Below, in pieces: positions 29,480 through 39,521 of a DNA stretch of 64,000 bases; within the stretch, counting starts at the first letter, position 1; every line of letters starts with the position of its first letter. A program made the position numbers and the translations under genes. Below the pieces are notes generated by a model. The model ran no database searches. It had not been told where the DNA came from and was given only the letters and a program-made list of their open reading frames with translations. The stretch covers positions 1 through 64,000 of the forward strand of contig JBMORA010000009.1 in assembly GCA_049320885.1 (NCBI GenBank). Reading direction: 5' to 3'. The DNA is from Thermodesulfobacteriota bacterium. Lineage in GTDB: Bacteria; Desulfobacterota; Desulfobacteria; Desulfobacterales; SURF-7.

Positions 29480-31614
29480 TGTTTTCGAGGTGGCGAATGT
29501 GCCGAGGAAAAAAGACATGTTGGGTGACGCTGTTGTTGCTGGCCGGTCTGTCGGTTGCCGGTATGGCCCATGGAGCCCATTATGCGGATGGAGACGGCGA
29601 TCAGGATGTGGACGGCCGAGACCTGGCAACCTTTGCCCAGATGTTTCAGGCGGGCCAGTATGGCCCGGCCGATGTGGTGGGGTTTGCCGGGCTGTTCGGT
29701 CGAATCGGCGTGACCTTCCCGGGTTCCACTTACTACATCGATTTTGAAAACGGTCAGGATGCCGCCGAGGGCACATCTCCGTCCAAGGCCTTCCGACACG
29801 CGCCGGGCGATCCCAATGCGACCGGCAATCCGGCCAAAGTCGTTCTGCAACCCGGGGATACGGTGCTTTTCAAGGGAAATGTACCATACCGCGGTCAGGT
29901 CCTAATTCCCGCGGATGGGGAAGTGGATGAGCCCATTACCTATAAAGGCGACGGCTGGCCCGGGCTTGAGGGAACCCGTGCCATCATCGACGGCGGTGAC
30001 CTGGTGACCGGCTGGCAGCCCTGTGAATCCGCCGCGGAATGCGGAGGCAATCCGAATTTTGTGCATCTGTATTACGCGGACATTCCGGCGGCAGGTGTTT
30101 CTCCGTTTACCGTCAACCTGCACGAACTGGATCCGTTGACCGGCGCGGATGAATTTCGATGGCAGGCCCAGGAGCCCAATCCCGGCGACCCCTATTTCAT
30201 GGACAATCGCTTTGAATTCATTCCCGTCACCCAGGCGCAGCTCACCCGGACATCCATCACCGATGCCGGGTATTTCGCCCAGGCCGACCCGGAATACTGG
30301 CAGGGCTCCTATCTGATGATCTGGGTCAACCCGAACATCGTCGTGATTCGCGAAATACTTGCCTTTGATCCGGCGAGCCATACGGTGTATTTCGAAGACC
30401 TGGGTGAAAACGCCATTTACCCGGACGGCCGCGACCAGTCCTATGCCATCTACAACAGCCTGCATGCCCTGGATTATCCCGGTGAATATGTGGTGGGACC
30501 CGCCACGGGGGGGGTCCGGCGGGTCTATTTGTGGCCCGGCGATCCCGCCGGTCTTGCCGTCCGGGTCAGCCGCTCCGTGCGGGGCTTTGGAATCGATATC
30601 CAGCAGCACAGTGATATCACCATTGAAGGGTTCGAAATCCGGAAGCATGCCGGGGAAAACACCCGTCAGGGCGTGGCCGTAGGCACCTTGAACGCCGCCT
30701 ATCTGCCGAACAATCGTATTGTCATCCGGAACAACCGGATCACCCACAACGCCTACAGCGGCACCGGCAACAGCCGCGTCGGATATGGCGGAATTTATCT
30801 CCAGAATGTGCGGGAGTCGCGGGTGGAAAACAATCAGGTGGAGTGGAATCCGCGTCACCGCGGGATTTTCCTTTCCGGCGGTGTTGAAAACAGCGTTGTC
30901 CGGGGAAACACCATCCTGCGTCCCGGCAGCACGGGCATTACCCTGTACACGGCGCATGATTGCCGCATCATCGGAAATACCATTGCGGAAAGCAACGGCA
31001 GTCACGCCAACGGCATCACCCTCTACATGGGTTGCAGGAATATACTGGTGGCCGGCAACACGGTCCTGGATTCGGGCAGCCCTTTGACCTTCGAGGACAG
31101 CGGCAACCTGTTTTTTATCAATAACATTATCGACGGGCACCATGCGGGCAGCAATGTCAATGAATGGGGTGACACCACCCACGGCCCCTGGGAAAGGGGC
31201 GTGATCGCCTTTTATCACAACGTCATGGTGCGCAACTCCCGCAATGCGGCCCTCAATATCGGTCAGGTGCCGGAGGAGAATACCTATATCGTCAAACACA
31301 ATATCTTCGACGGCGGGGCGTCGGCTGCCGGCATCGACCGTTCCCACAATATTTACACCGGCCTGTGCTGGAATCAGGAGGCCCGCTACGGCTGGTATCT
31401 CGGGGAAGGGGAGCAGGTGGTGGAAGACCTGTCCCTGATTTTCATGGATGCCGAGAATCTGGATTTTCATTTACTCCCCGGCAGTCCAGCCATCAACGCA
31501 GGGGCGGACATCAACGGATTGTTTCCCGCGGATGTTTTTCCGGGTTTTGATTTCAGCCTGGACAAGGACGGCGCTCCGCGCAGCCAGTGGGATCTGGGGG
31601 TGTATAGGTATTGA
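29476..31614 (+). CDS. Exported right-handed beta-helix (pectin lyase-like) protein with N-terminal dockerin-like tag
   Basis: Signal peptide; DGDGDQDVDGRDL...FGR; LQPGDTVLFKG; PbH1-like Asn-ladder repeats; DFHLLPGSPAINAG...DLGVY; ATGA overlap with the previous gene. Confidence 0.85.
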   Translation: MMFSRWRMCRGKKTCWVTLLLLAGLSVAGMAHGAHYADGDGDQDVDGRDLATFAQMFQAGQYGPADVVGFAGLFGRIGVTFPGSTYYIDFENGQDAAEGTSPSKAFRHAPGDPNATGNPAKVVLQPGDTVLFKGNVPYRGQVLIPADGEVDEPITYKGDGWPGLEGTRAIIDGGDLVTGWQPCESAAECGGNPNFVHLYYADIPAAGVSPFTVNLHELDPLTGADEFRWQAQEPNPGDPYFMDNRFEFIPVTQAQLTRTSITDAGYFAQADPEYWQGSYLMIWVNPNIVVIREILAFDPASHTVYFEDLGENAIYPDGRDQSYAIYNSLHALDYPGEYVVGPATGGVRRVYLWPGDPAGLAVRVSRSVRGFGIDIQQHSDITIEGFEIRKHAGENTRQGVAVGTLNAAYLPNNRIVIRNNRITHNAYSGTGNSRVGYGGIYLQNVRESRVENNQVEWNPRHRGIFLSGGVENSVVRGNTILRPGSTGITLYTAHDCRIIGNTIAESNGSHANGITLYMGCRNILVAGNTVLDSGSPLTFEDSGNLFFINNIIDGHHAGSNVNEWGDTTHGPWERGVIAFYHNVMVRNSRNAALNIGQVPEENTYIVKHNIFDGGASAAGIDRSHNIYTGLCWNQEARYGWYLGEGEQVVEDLSLIFMDAENLDFHLLPGSPAINAGADINGLFPADVFPGFDFSLDKDGAPRSQWDLGVYRY

Positions 31615-31681
31615 GCCGGGCAAGCTGGCGGGGAAATTGAGAACAGTGACAGAATATAGAATACAGGGGTCAGAATTCAGA

Positions 31682-33127
31682 ATGAAAACATCCATCACAA
31701 AGTGCCTTTGCATGGCTGTCATCGTTTGCCTGCCGCTGTGGAGTTTTCTGACAGGCAGCCAGGCCGCGGTCTATCAGGTGGGGGCAGGCAGACCCTATCC
31801 TGATCTCCAGTCCGTGGCCGCACTTCTGCTGCCGGGAGATGTGGTGGAAGTGGACGGCGATGCCACTTATCCCGGCGGGGTGGCTTTTACCCGGCCCGGA
31901 ACGCCGGAACAGAAAATCACCATTCGGGGGTTGCGGATCAACGGCAATCGTCCGGTGCTGTCCGGCGGGACCAACACGGTACATTTCATGACGGATTGGC
32001 CGTACACGGGGCCGGGCGGCGATCACTACATTTTTGAAGGCTTCGAGGTCACCGGCGGGACATCTCGGGGGATCTATCATCAGGCCAGCGATCTCACCAT
32101 CCGGGATGTGGTGGTTCACGACTGTCCGGCCCATGGCCTTTTGGGCGCGGATCAGGGCTCCGGATCCCTGCTGATGGAATATGTGGAAGTCTACAACTGC
32201 GGCAGCGGCACCCAGCGGCATCAGATCTATATGGCCACCGACGAAGTCCATTATCCGGGCAGCGTGTTCCGGATGCAGCATTGCTACATTCACGACGGCA
32301 GCGGCGGCAACAATGTAAAAACCCGGTCCGAACGCAACGAGATTTACTACAATTGGATCGAGGGCGCTTATTATCACGAACTGGAGATGATTGGACCCGA
32401 TGGAGGCGACGGCGGCGATCCCGGGCTGGCCCGGGAGGATTCGGATGTGGTGGGTAACGTGTTCGTCAAGACCCGGGAGTTTGCCGTTATCCGGGCCGGC
32501 GGCGACGGCACGGGGGAGACTGGCGGCCGCTACCGCTTTGTGAACAATACGTTCATCTCCGCCGGTCCGGCGGTTTTTCGATTGTTCGACGGTATCGAAA
32601 GTATCGAGATGCATAACAACGTGTTTTTCCGCAACAGCGGAGTGGTGGACATCATGCGCACGGTGGATGCGAACTGGACCACCGGCAGCGCCGTGATCGC
32701 CGGTAGCAACAACTGGGTGCTCCAGGGCGCCGCCAATGTGCCGGTTCAGTGGCTCTTCACCATCACCGGCGCGGATCCCGGCTGGTTGAATCCGCCGGGC
32801 CTTGATGTCCGGACGGCTGCCGGCAGCCCGCTGGTCGACGCCGGGAATCCTGCGCCTTCCGGACCCGCTGGTTATCCCTTCCCGGATCCGTTTTTCCCTC
32901 CGGCGATGCACCCGCCGTTGCGGCAATTGGAATCCACCGGCACTGCGCAGACGAGACCGTCGTATGGCGCCATCGACATCGGCGCGTTTGAATTTTTCGA
33001 CGCGGATTTTTCAGCGGATCGGGATGCCGACGGCGATGTGGACGGAAGCGACCTCGCCGTCTATGCCGCGGCAGGTGATTTCAACCAGTTGATTTTGTTC
33101 GCCGCTGCATTTGGTCAGGGCGGATAA
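31682..33127 (+). CDS. Exported right-handed beta-helix protein with C-terminal dockerin-like tag
   Basis: Signal peptide; LLPGDVVEV, HQIY, NVKTRS, GSPLVDAG..DIGAFE; DRDADGDVDGSDL...FAAAFG. Confidence 0.85.
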   Translation: MKTSITKCLCMAVIVCLPLWSFLTGSQAAVYQVGAGRPYPDLQSVAALLLPGDVVEVDGDATYPGGVAFTRPGTPEQKITIRGLRINGNRPVLSGGTNTVHFMTDWPYTGPGGDHYIFEGFEVTGGTSRGIYHQASDLTIRDVVVHDCPAHGLLGADQGSGSLLMEYVEVYNCGSGTQRHQIYMATDEVHYPGSVFRMQHCYIHDGSGGNNVKTRSERNEIYYNWIEGAYYHELEMIGPDGGDGGDPGLAREDSDVVGNVFVKTREFAVIRAGGDGTGETGGRYRFVNNTFISAGPAVFRLFDGIESIEMHNNVFFRNSGVVDIMRTVDANWTTGSAVIAGSNNWVLQGAANVPVQWLFTITGADPGWLNPPGLDVRTAAGSPLVDAGNPAPSGPAGYPFPDPFFPPAMHPPLRQLESTGTAQTRPSYGAIDIGAFEFFDADFSADRDADGDVDGSDLAVYAAAGDFNQLILFAAAFGQGG

Positions 33128-33216
33128 TGATTTGGCGACGGCGACGTGGATGAACGGTTCCCAGGAAATCGATATCACCGGTGTGGAAAGAAGCACAGAG
33201 CTGGAGATAGGCGGCC

Positions 33217-35583
33217 ATGACAGAACAAAGTAAGTTCCGGAACCGCATGATTTTTTTATACATTCTGATGACGTTTTCCGCTGCCGGCGCCAGAGCCCGG
33301 GCAGCGCCATCCAATGAGGAACTGTATCAAGCATTGCCCGCGCCGGAGGCGGTGTGCGCGGATCATTTCAACGATTTCCTTCACTCCGATTTCGATGATG
33401 ACGCGGATTACCGGGTCCTCGAAGTCGGCGGCCAGCCGTTCACGGAAGCGCTGGAAGTGGCGGTCCACCGGTTGCCCGCATCCGAACAGCGCGTGAATCT
33501 GACACTTGTCTCGCAGGAACCGCTCCAGGACGACGAGATCCTGCTGTTGAGCTTTTATGCCCGCAGGGTGGATGCAGCGAACGGCCAAGCCAGTTTTTTG
33601 CTGCAACACAACGGCGATCCCTGGACGCAGTATGTTTCCTGGCGAGTCGACATCGGCAATGAGTGGCGGCGTTACTATCTGCCTTTTTCCATTCAGGTCT
33701 GGCGAGGGATGGGCGCCGAACGGCCGGTGCCGCCGCCCATGGACGGAGATGCGCACACCTTCGGGCGCGGTGAAGTCCGTTTTCGTCTGTGCCTGGGAAG
33801 CACTGTGCAAACCCTTCAGTTCGCCGATGTCCACCTGGCCAATTATCGTCAGCAGGTATCGGGGACGGAGTTTCCCATTACCCTTGAACCGGGGGCGGGA
33901 ATGATCAGCGTACCGCCGGAAAATGAATTTTCCGCTGGTCCGGCCTGGATTCCCGATATCCTGGGAAGATCCGTTAATGAAGATCCCTATCTGCCGGATT
34001 TCAGCTATGCAGGCTTTGCGTTTGGGGAAATCTGGCCGCCGGTAATCGATCCCGGTGAAACCAGTTTGACGGTCACGGCCTTCGGTGCCGTTCCGGATGA
34101 CGGCCTGGATGATACGATCGCCTTGCAGAACGCCTTGACGGCGGCGCATGGGGTGAGCGGACCGGTTTGCGTGGCGTTTCCTCCGGGAAAGTTTCATATC
34201 CGCGAAATCCTGTTTGTCCGACGCAGCCATATGCGCTTGAAGGGAGCCGGCAGCGGGCCGGAGGGAACCATTCTCGCCGTTACCAGGCCCATGGCGGACA
34301 TGATCCGTCCGCCCATGATACGGGAAATGGAGGAAGCCATCCGGGAAGAGAATCTGACCACCGGATACGGTGAACCGTATTCGCCGTTTTCCTGGACCGG
34401 TGGTGTCATCTGGTTGGGTAGAAACAGCGCCGGACCAGGCGAAGCGGTTTTGACGGAGACACTTGGGACCGGCTTGCGGGGCGCACACGCGGTGGGCGTG
34501 GGAGACGCCTCCCGTTTGACGCCGGGGATGATCGTCGGCTTGCGGTATTATGACGATTCGCCCGGAAATCCCTTGCGCGAGCATGTATTCGGCTGCACCA
34601 GCCTGGATTTGCCCATGGGTTTTGGGGAGGAATTACCGGAGGAGCCGGAAGTGTGGCAGTACCTGACAGTGGACTCGGTTCAAGAACAGGAGGTCAGGTT
34701 CAAGGAGCCCTTGAATCATGACATTCAATCAGGCTGGCGCGGCGAACTCCGCGAATCCCATTTTCTCACTCACCTGGGTGTGGATAGCCTCTGCATCGAA
34801 TTTCCGGAAGCCGTTTATGCCGGTCATCACATCGAAGCGGGCTATAACGCCATATACACCAACGCCGTGGCGCATGCCTGGATTTCCAACGTACGGATCG
34901 TCAACTCCGATTCCGCAATCATCGTGGATTCCTCCAAAAATGTCACTGTTCAGGAAATCGGCATTTCCGGCCGGGATGGCCATTATTCGCTGATGGCCGC
35001 CGATTCGGACCAGATTCTGTTCCGTGATTTCACCATCAGCGCCCGGGCCTGTCATAATCCCAGTTTCAACACCTACAGCCGCACCTGTGTCTACAGCGGT
35101 GGCAACGTGTGCTGGCCCATGCTGGACCAGCATTGCGGGATGAATCACCAGAACCTCATGGAAGATCTGGTTTTGACCGGCCCGGCCCGCCAGCTTTGGA
35201 CCCATGGCGGCAGTGAGTCCCGGCGTCCGGCTCACGGTGCCGGCAATACCTTCTGGAATCTTCGTTTGGAACCGGCGAACAGCCTGCCGGTGGTGGCGCC
35301 GGGAATCGGCGACGGCCCCAATGCGATTTTCGTGGGTTGGCGTACACGGGCGGAGCTTCTGTTTCCGTATGGTCCTTTTGCCCATGCGGAGGGAATGGGC
35401 CGGGCGGATATGGCGGTTCCTTCGTTGCATGATTACCAGCTGTCGGGCCGGCTTGGAGGAAATCATGACTGTTCAGCCGATGGCGACAAAGATGCGGATG
35501 TGGACGGGTTTGACCTGTGGTACTTGATACAAAAGGGTGGGAATCAATGCCTTCCGGATCTCGCGCTGTCATTCGGAAGATGA
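33217..35583 (+). CDS. Exported CBM-like plus pectate-lyase-superfamily beta-helix protein with C-terminal dockerin-like tag
   Basis: Signal peptide; CBM-like beta-sandwich (EWRRYYLPF); LPDFSYAG, VTAFGAVPDDGLDDT; C-terminus DGDKDADVDGFDL...SFGR. Confidence 0.8.
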   Translation: MTEQSKFRNRMIFLYILMTFSAAGARARAAPSNEELYQALPAPEAVCADHFNDFLHSDFDDDADYRVLEVGGQPFTEALEVAVHRLPASEQRVNLTLVSQEPLQDDEILLLSFYARRVDAANGQASFLLQHNGDPWTQYVSWRVDIGNEWRRYYLPFSIQVWRGMGAERPVPPPMDGDAHTFGRGEVRFRLCLGSTVQTLQFADVHLANYRQQVSGTEFPITLEPGAGMISVPPENEFSAGPAWIPDILGRSVNEDPYLPDFSYAGFAFGEIWPPVIDPGETSLTVTAFGAVPDDGLDDTIALQNALTAAHGVSGPVCVAFPPGKFHIREILFVRRSHMRLKGAGSGPEGTILAVTRPMADMIRPPMIREMEEAIREENLTTGYGEPYSPFSWTGGVIWLGRNSAGPGEAVLTETLGTGLRGAHAVGVGDASRLTPGMIVGLRYYDDSPGNPLREHVFGCTSLDLPMGFGEELPEEPEVWQYLTVDSVQEQEVRFKEPLNHDIQSGWRGELRESHFLTHLGVDSLCIEFPEAVYAGHHIEAGYNAIYTNAVAHAWISNVRIVNSDSAIIVDSSKNVTVQEIGISGRDGHYSLMAADSDQILFRDFTISARACHNPSFNTYSRTCVYSGGNVCWPMLDQHCGMNHQNLMEDLVLTGPARQLWTHGGSESRRPAHGAGNTFWNLRLEPANSLPVVAPGIGDGPNAIFVGWRTRAELLFPYGPFAHAEGMGRADMAVPSLHDYQLSGRLGGNHDCSADGDKDADVDGFDLWYLIQKGGNQCLPDLALSFGR

Positions 35584-35796
35584 AATGGCCATGTCGGATG
35601 AGGGGTTTTTGTTTGGCGCGGGGTTGCCTGTATGCTTTTGGTAACAATTGGGTTCACGGGAGTATCCACTGTTCACTCCATTCCAGTTCGTTTCTGGTGG
35701 GCAAATTTTGTCGGCCAGAGTGAAGAGATAGTAATCGACGGCAGCCGTTGAAGACTGAAGTGCAATAACCGTGTGCCGGATCGGCATGCGGAGCCT

Positions 35797-35812
35797 TGGC
35801 ATGACAATTGCT
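35797..35812 (+). promoter_or_regulatory. Sigma54 (-24/-12) promoter upstream of the cohesin-dockerin gene
   Basis: TGGCAT-GACAA-TTGCT with correct 12-nt spacing; near copy of the 27907 site. Confidence 0.8.
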
Positions 35813-35929
35813 CCATCCTGGTGTTACATCTCGGGAAAGCAGGGAACCTTTTCTGCTTACGAGGAAGATTCAACAACCCAACGGGCATATCCGAAGAAAA
35901 CTCGATCGTTTCCTAAAGAAGGAGGAAAG

Positions 35930-36616
35930 ATGCTGAAAACAACAGTCTGGCTGATTGTTTGCGCATTTTGGCTGTTTGGATCCGGAGATCCGATGGCCGC
36001 GGAAGTAAATGTCGCGGCGGAAGGCGCCTATACGGAAACCGGCTTGGTGGTGGAAGTATACGCAGGAACGGCAACCGCCATTCTCAGCTACGGGATCAAG
36101 CTGACCTATGATGCGGAGCAACTGGAAGTTAGCGGGGCGGAAAAAAACGAAACCGTCTGGTTTATGGGCGACGGAACTCCTTCCGGCAACAGCGCCTACA
36201 TGAATCCCGATACGAGTGTTCCGGGAGAAGTTGTCATTATCGGCGGCAAGCTGGACACGGCGGCTCCAGCGGCAGGTGTCAGCGGGCAGAGGATTTTACT
36301 GGGTAGGGTGTTTTTCAACCGGACGGATTCATCCATGCCGTTTGCGCCGACACTGGCCATTGACCTTGCCAGAACCAGTCCCTATGCCAATTTTGTTTCC
36401 ACGGCCGGCCAAATTCTCGATGGCGACGGAGTGGGTTTTTCCATGAAAGTGGTTGAGCGCGGCGACTGCAATGGCGACGGCTCGATCACGCCGGCGGATA
36501 TCATGGCGGTCAAGAGCCGTATCGGATCGGCCAATGCTCCCTGCTATGTGGATTGCAACAACGACGGTGCGGTTACACCCCAGGACATCAACTGCGTCAA
36601 GCGCAAGATACACTAA
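35930..36616 (+). CDS. Exported cohesin-like domain plus canonical two-loop dockerin
   Basis: Signal peptide; SYGIKLTYD..QL, ILLGRVFF cohesin-type strands; GDCNGDGSITPADI and DCNNDGAVTPQDI repeats; AAGGAGG RBS. Confidence 0.75.
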   Translation: MLKTTVWLIVCAFWLFGSGDPMAAEVNVAAEGAYTETGLVVEVYAGTATAILSYGIKLTYDAEQLEVSGAEKNETVWFMGDGTPSGNSAYMNPDTSVPGEVVIIGGKLDTAAPAAGVSGQRILLGRVFFNRTDSSMPFAPTLAIDLARTSPYANFVSTAGQILDGDGVGFSMKVVERGDCNGDGSITPADIMAVKSRIGSANAPCYVDCNNDGAVTPQDINCVKRKIH

Positions 36617-36680
36617 GGCAAGATATGTCACGCCTGGATGGGTACATGCAACTGGCTTACAAAAAGGAGGTCTGGCAATT

Positions 36681-37202
36681 ATGAAAAGAAATATCTTTTT
36701 TCTGATGGTGCTGTTCATGGTATGGGGAACCGGCGCGGCTCACGCCGCCTATATTTATACGCTGGATGTCACGATTCCCGACCCGTTGGGGATCGCTGAA
36801 AAATCGCAACGAATCGGCATGGTGGACTTTCGGGTCAGCGGCGGTGTTTTGAATACGGATTGGACCTATGAACTCGGAACCGTCGTGCCTGCAAGCGGAA
36901 ACTGGATTTTCGAGGTTTACGGCGGGGGCTGGTCGGCCTTGTATGACAATTATCCCTGGCCCCTCAGTGATGACGCGATCGCCCCGCTCCAGGGCAGCGG
37001 CAGGCTGTTGACCATCAATTCCAGCGTTCCCTTGACGTTCACGGATTTGGGGTTCGGTGATTATTCCGGCAATCCAGTGGAATCCGGCTATTTGACATCC
37101 GGAGGTTTTCAGGACGCCAGCGCGGTGCCGATCCCGGCCCCGATCTTCCTGTTGGGCATGGGATTGATCGGTCTTTGGGGCGCGCGGCGGCAGCAAGCGT
37201 AA
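36681..37202 (+). CDS. PEP-CTERM/VPLPA-CTERM sorting-domain protein
   Basis: Signal peptide (AHA); C-terminus AVPIPAPIFLLGMGLIGLWGARR; AAGGAGG RBS. Confidence 0.88.
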   Translation: MKRNIFFLMVLFMVWGTGAAHAAYIYTLDVTIPDPLGIAEKSQRIGMVDFRVSGGVLNTDWTYELGTVVPASGNWIFEVYGGGWSALYDNYPWPLSDDAIAPLQGSGRLLTINSSVPLTFTDLGFGDYSGNPVESGYLTSGGFQDASAVPIPAPIFLLGMGLIGLWGARRQQA

Positions 37203-37330
37203 ACAGAAAGGGCGAAAAATCCCTCACCCGGTATGGCGGCGGCGGGGGCGTTCTATCCAGACCCCCCTGCCGATAGCGCCTAGCGATGGCCCATTTCAGG
37301 ATGGGCGCAGTCTAACAAAGGAAGCAGCCC

Positions 37331-39445
37331 ATGTATCCGAGATCCCGAACACAGCGAATTCGAATGCTTACATTTCTGTTGACCATTATCGTATCGTCGC
37401 TGCTCTTTGGATTCCAGCGCAGCGTTCAGGCCGCGGGTCCGATCATTGCCGATCATACCATCACCGACATCAGCGCCGTACCCGCTTCCGCGTTTGAGAA
37501 CGCCAAGGCGCAATTGCATATCGCCTACGGCCATACTTCCCACGGCAGCCAATTGATAACCGGCATGAGCGCCCTGGCGGCGGACGACGGTTTGTTTTCC
37601 TTCAACAACGGCGGCAACGGGGGCGCCCTGGATCTGCATGATGGCGCCTTTTCCGGTGCGTCGGATCTGGGCAACCCCAACCGAACGGCCTGGGAGACCG
37701 CCACGCGCACGTATTTGAACAATCCGGCCAATGCGGACGTGAACGTGGTAATCTGGTCCTGGTGCGGCCAGGTGGATGGGTCGGCGGCGGACATCCAGCA
37801 GTATCTCGATTTGATGAACGGCCTGGAACTGGATTACCCGCATGTTAAATTCGTTTACATGACCGGCCATCTGAACGGCACCGGCGCGACCGGCAATGTG
37901 AACCAGCGCAATGAACAAATCCGGAATTACTGCGTCACCAACAACAAAATCCTGTTCGACTTCGCGGACATTGAAAGTTTCGACCCGGACGGAAGCGTGA
38001 ATTATATGGCGTTGAACGCCAATGACAACTGTGACTACTCCGGCGGCAACTGGGCGAGCCAGTGGCTGGCGGCCAACCCCTCCCATGAGCTGGCGCTGCT
38101 GGCTTCGTCCGGAAACTGCGGCAGCTGCGCCCACAGCCAGCGTTTGAACTGCGTATTGAAAGGCAGGGCGGTCTGGTGGCTGTGGGCCCGGCTGGCCGGT
38201 TATGAATCAAGCGAATGCGCTGCCCAGCCGACGGGGCTGTCGGCGACTTCCGACAGCCCCGGTCAGCTCACCACAATCCAGTTCCAGGACAATTCCGTGA
38301 ATGAGGACAGCTTCGTCCTGCAGCGCCAGGTGGACGGCGGCGTCTGGGAACAGGAATACGCCGTGCTGCCGGCCAATACGACGACGTTTACGGATACGGG
38401 CCTGGGTTCCGGTATGTATTGTTACCGGGTGCTGGCGCATCAGAATGACGACGGCACGGGTCAGCCCTGCAATTCATTGCCGTCCAATTCCGCCTGCGCC
38501 CAAATCACCCTGCCGATGCCGCCTGCTGCGCCGTCCAATTTGAATGCCCAACTGTCCGGCGGCGATGTTCAGCTGAGCTGGCAGGACAACTCCGACAATG
38601 AAATCCGAATGACGGTGGCGCGGAGCATGGATGGACAGGCCTTCGCGGTGCTTGCAACCCTTGGCGTCAATATTACGGCCTATACGGATTCCACTGTTTT
38701 ACCGTTGCACACCTACACGTATCGGGTATCCGCGGGAAACGACTACGGCGATTCCGATTATTCCAACGAGGCCTCCCTGTATGTCCCGGAAGCAACGGTT
38801 GATCCGGTCACCATCCGGCTGACCAGCGCGGCGGAGGTGGACGATGCCTTCCTGCGAGCGGATTATCCGGACACCAACTATGGGTCCACCAATTATCTCG
38901 GCCGGACCGAACCGCCGTTTTCCTTTGCAATCAAATTCCACCTGCCTTCCACGCTGCAGAACCAGAAAATCACCGATGCCCGGGTGGCTTTTTATGGCTG
39001 GAACCAGAGTGCTTTTCCGTCCGGCGAGTATCTCAATCTGTACAACGTGACGACAGCCTGGAACGAAGGCACGGTCACCTGGAATTTCCCCTGGTTGACG
39101 CCGGGGGGGGATTACGACACGACGCACATGCTGGGCCGCACGGAATTTTCCAGCGGAGCGGATCATGCCTATTTTGCGCCCATCGTAATCACTTCCACTG
39201 TTCAACAATGGGTGGACGGGTTGACGCCCAATAACGGCATGATGCTGGTGCACGAAGCAAGCGCCCGAACAGGTCTGAAGGCCAGTGAATACAGCGGCGG
39301 AAAGTCGTACCTCGACATTACCTATATTCCATGTGAGGTGGACCTGGACCATGACGGTGATGTGGACGGGTCGGATCTGGCGGTGAAGGCCCTATCCGGG
39401 GATGTCAGCTGTCTGGATGCCCTGGCGACCCGCTTTGGGCGATAG
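37331..39445 (+). CDS. Exported multidomain protein: uncharacterised catalytic domain, 2 FN3, DNRLRE/CBM96-like domain, dockerin-like tag
   Basis: HTSHGSQ domain; PAAPSNL..LSWQDNS..YTYRV FN3; DDAFL..YPDTNYG, WNEGTVTWN, NNGMML; DLDHDGDVDGSDL...FGR. Confidence 0.8.
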   Translation: MYPRSRTQRIRMLTFLLTIIVSSLLFGFQRSVQAAGPIIADHTITDISAVPASAFENAKAQLHIAYGHTSHGSQLITGMSALAADDGLFSFNNGGNGGALDLHDGAFSGASDLGNPNRTAWETATRTYLNNPANADVNVVIWSWCGQVDGSAADIQQYLDLMNGLELDYPHVKFVYMTGHLNGTGATGNVNQRNEQIRNYCVTNNKILFDFADIESFDPDGSVNYMALNANDNCDYSGGNWASQWLAANPSHELALLASSGNCGSCAHSQRLNCVLKGRAVWWLWARLAGYESSECAAQPTGLSATSDSPGQLTTIQFQDNSVNEDSFVLQRQVDGGVWEQEYAVLPANTTTFTDTGLGSGMYCYRVLAHQNDDGTGQPCNSLPSNSACAQITLPMPPAAPSNLNAQLSGGDVQLSWQDNSDNEIRMTVARSMDGQAFAVLATLGVNITAYTDSTVLPLHTYTYRVSAGNDYGDSDYSNEASLYVPEATVDPVTIRLTSAAEVDDAFLRADYPDTNYGSTNYLGRTEPPFSFAIKFHLPSTLQNQKITDARVAFYGWNQSAFPSGEYLNLYNVTTAWNEGTVTWNFPWLTPGGDYDTTHMLGRTEFSSGADHAYFAPIVITSTVQQWVDGLTPNNGMMLVHEASARTGLKASEYSGGKSYLDITYIPCEVDLDHDGDVDGSDLAVKALSGDVSCLDALATRFGR

Positions 39446-39461
39446 CAAACGACCGGTAGTG

Positions 39462-39501
39462 GAAAAACTCCCGGCCGGGGAACGCCCGGCGGGAGTTTTT
39501 C
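39462..39501. terminator. Bidirectional intrinsic terminator
   Basis: GAAAAACTCCC..GCCGGG / CCCGGC..GGGAGTTTTTC hairpin with A and T tracts at both ends. Confidence 0.75.
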
Positions 39502-39521
39502 GTTGAAAGGAAACGACCCGG

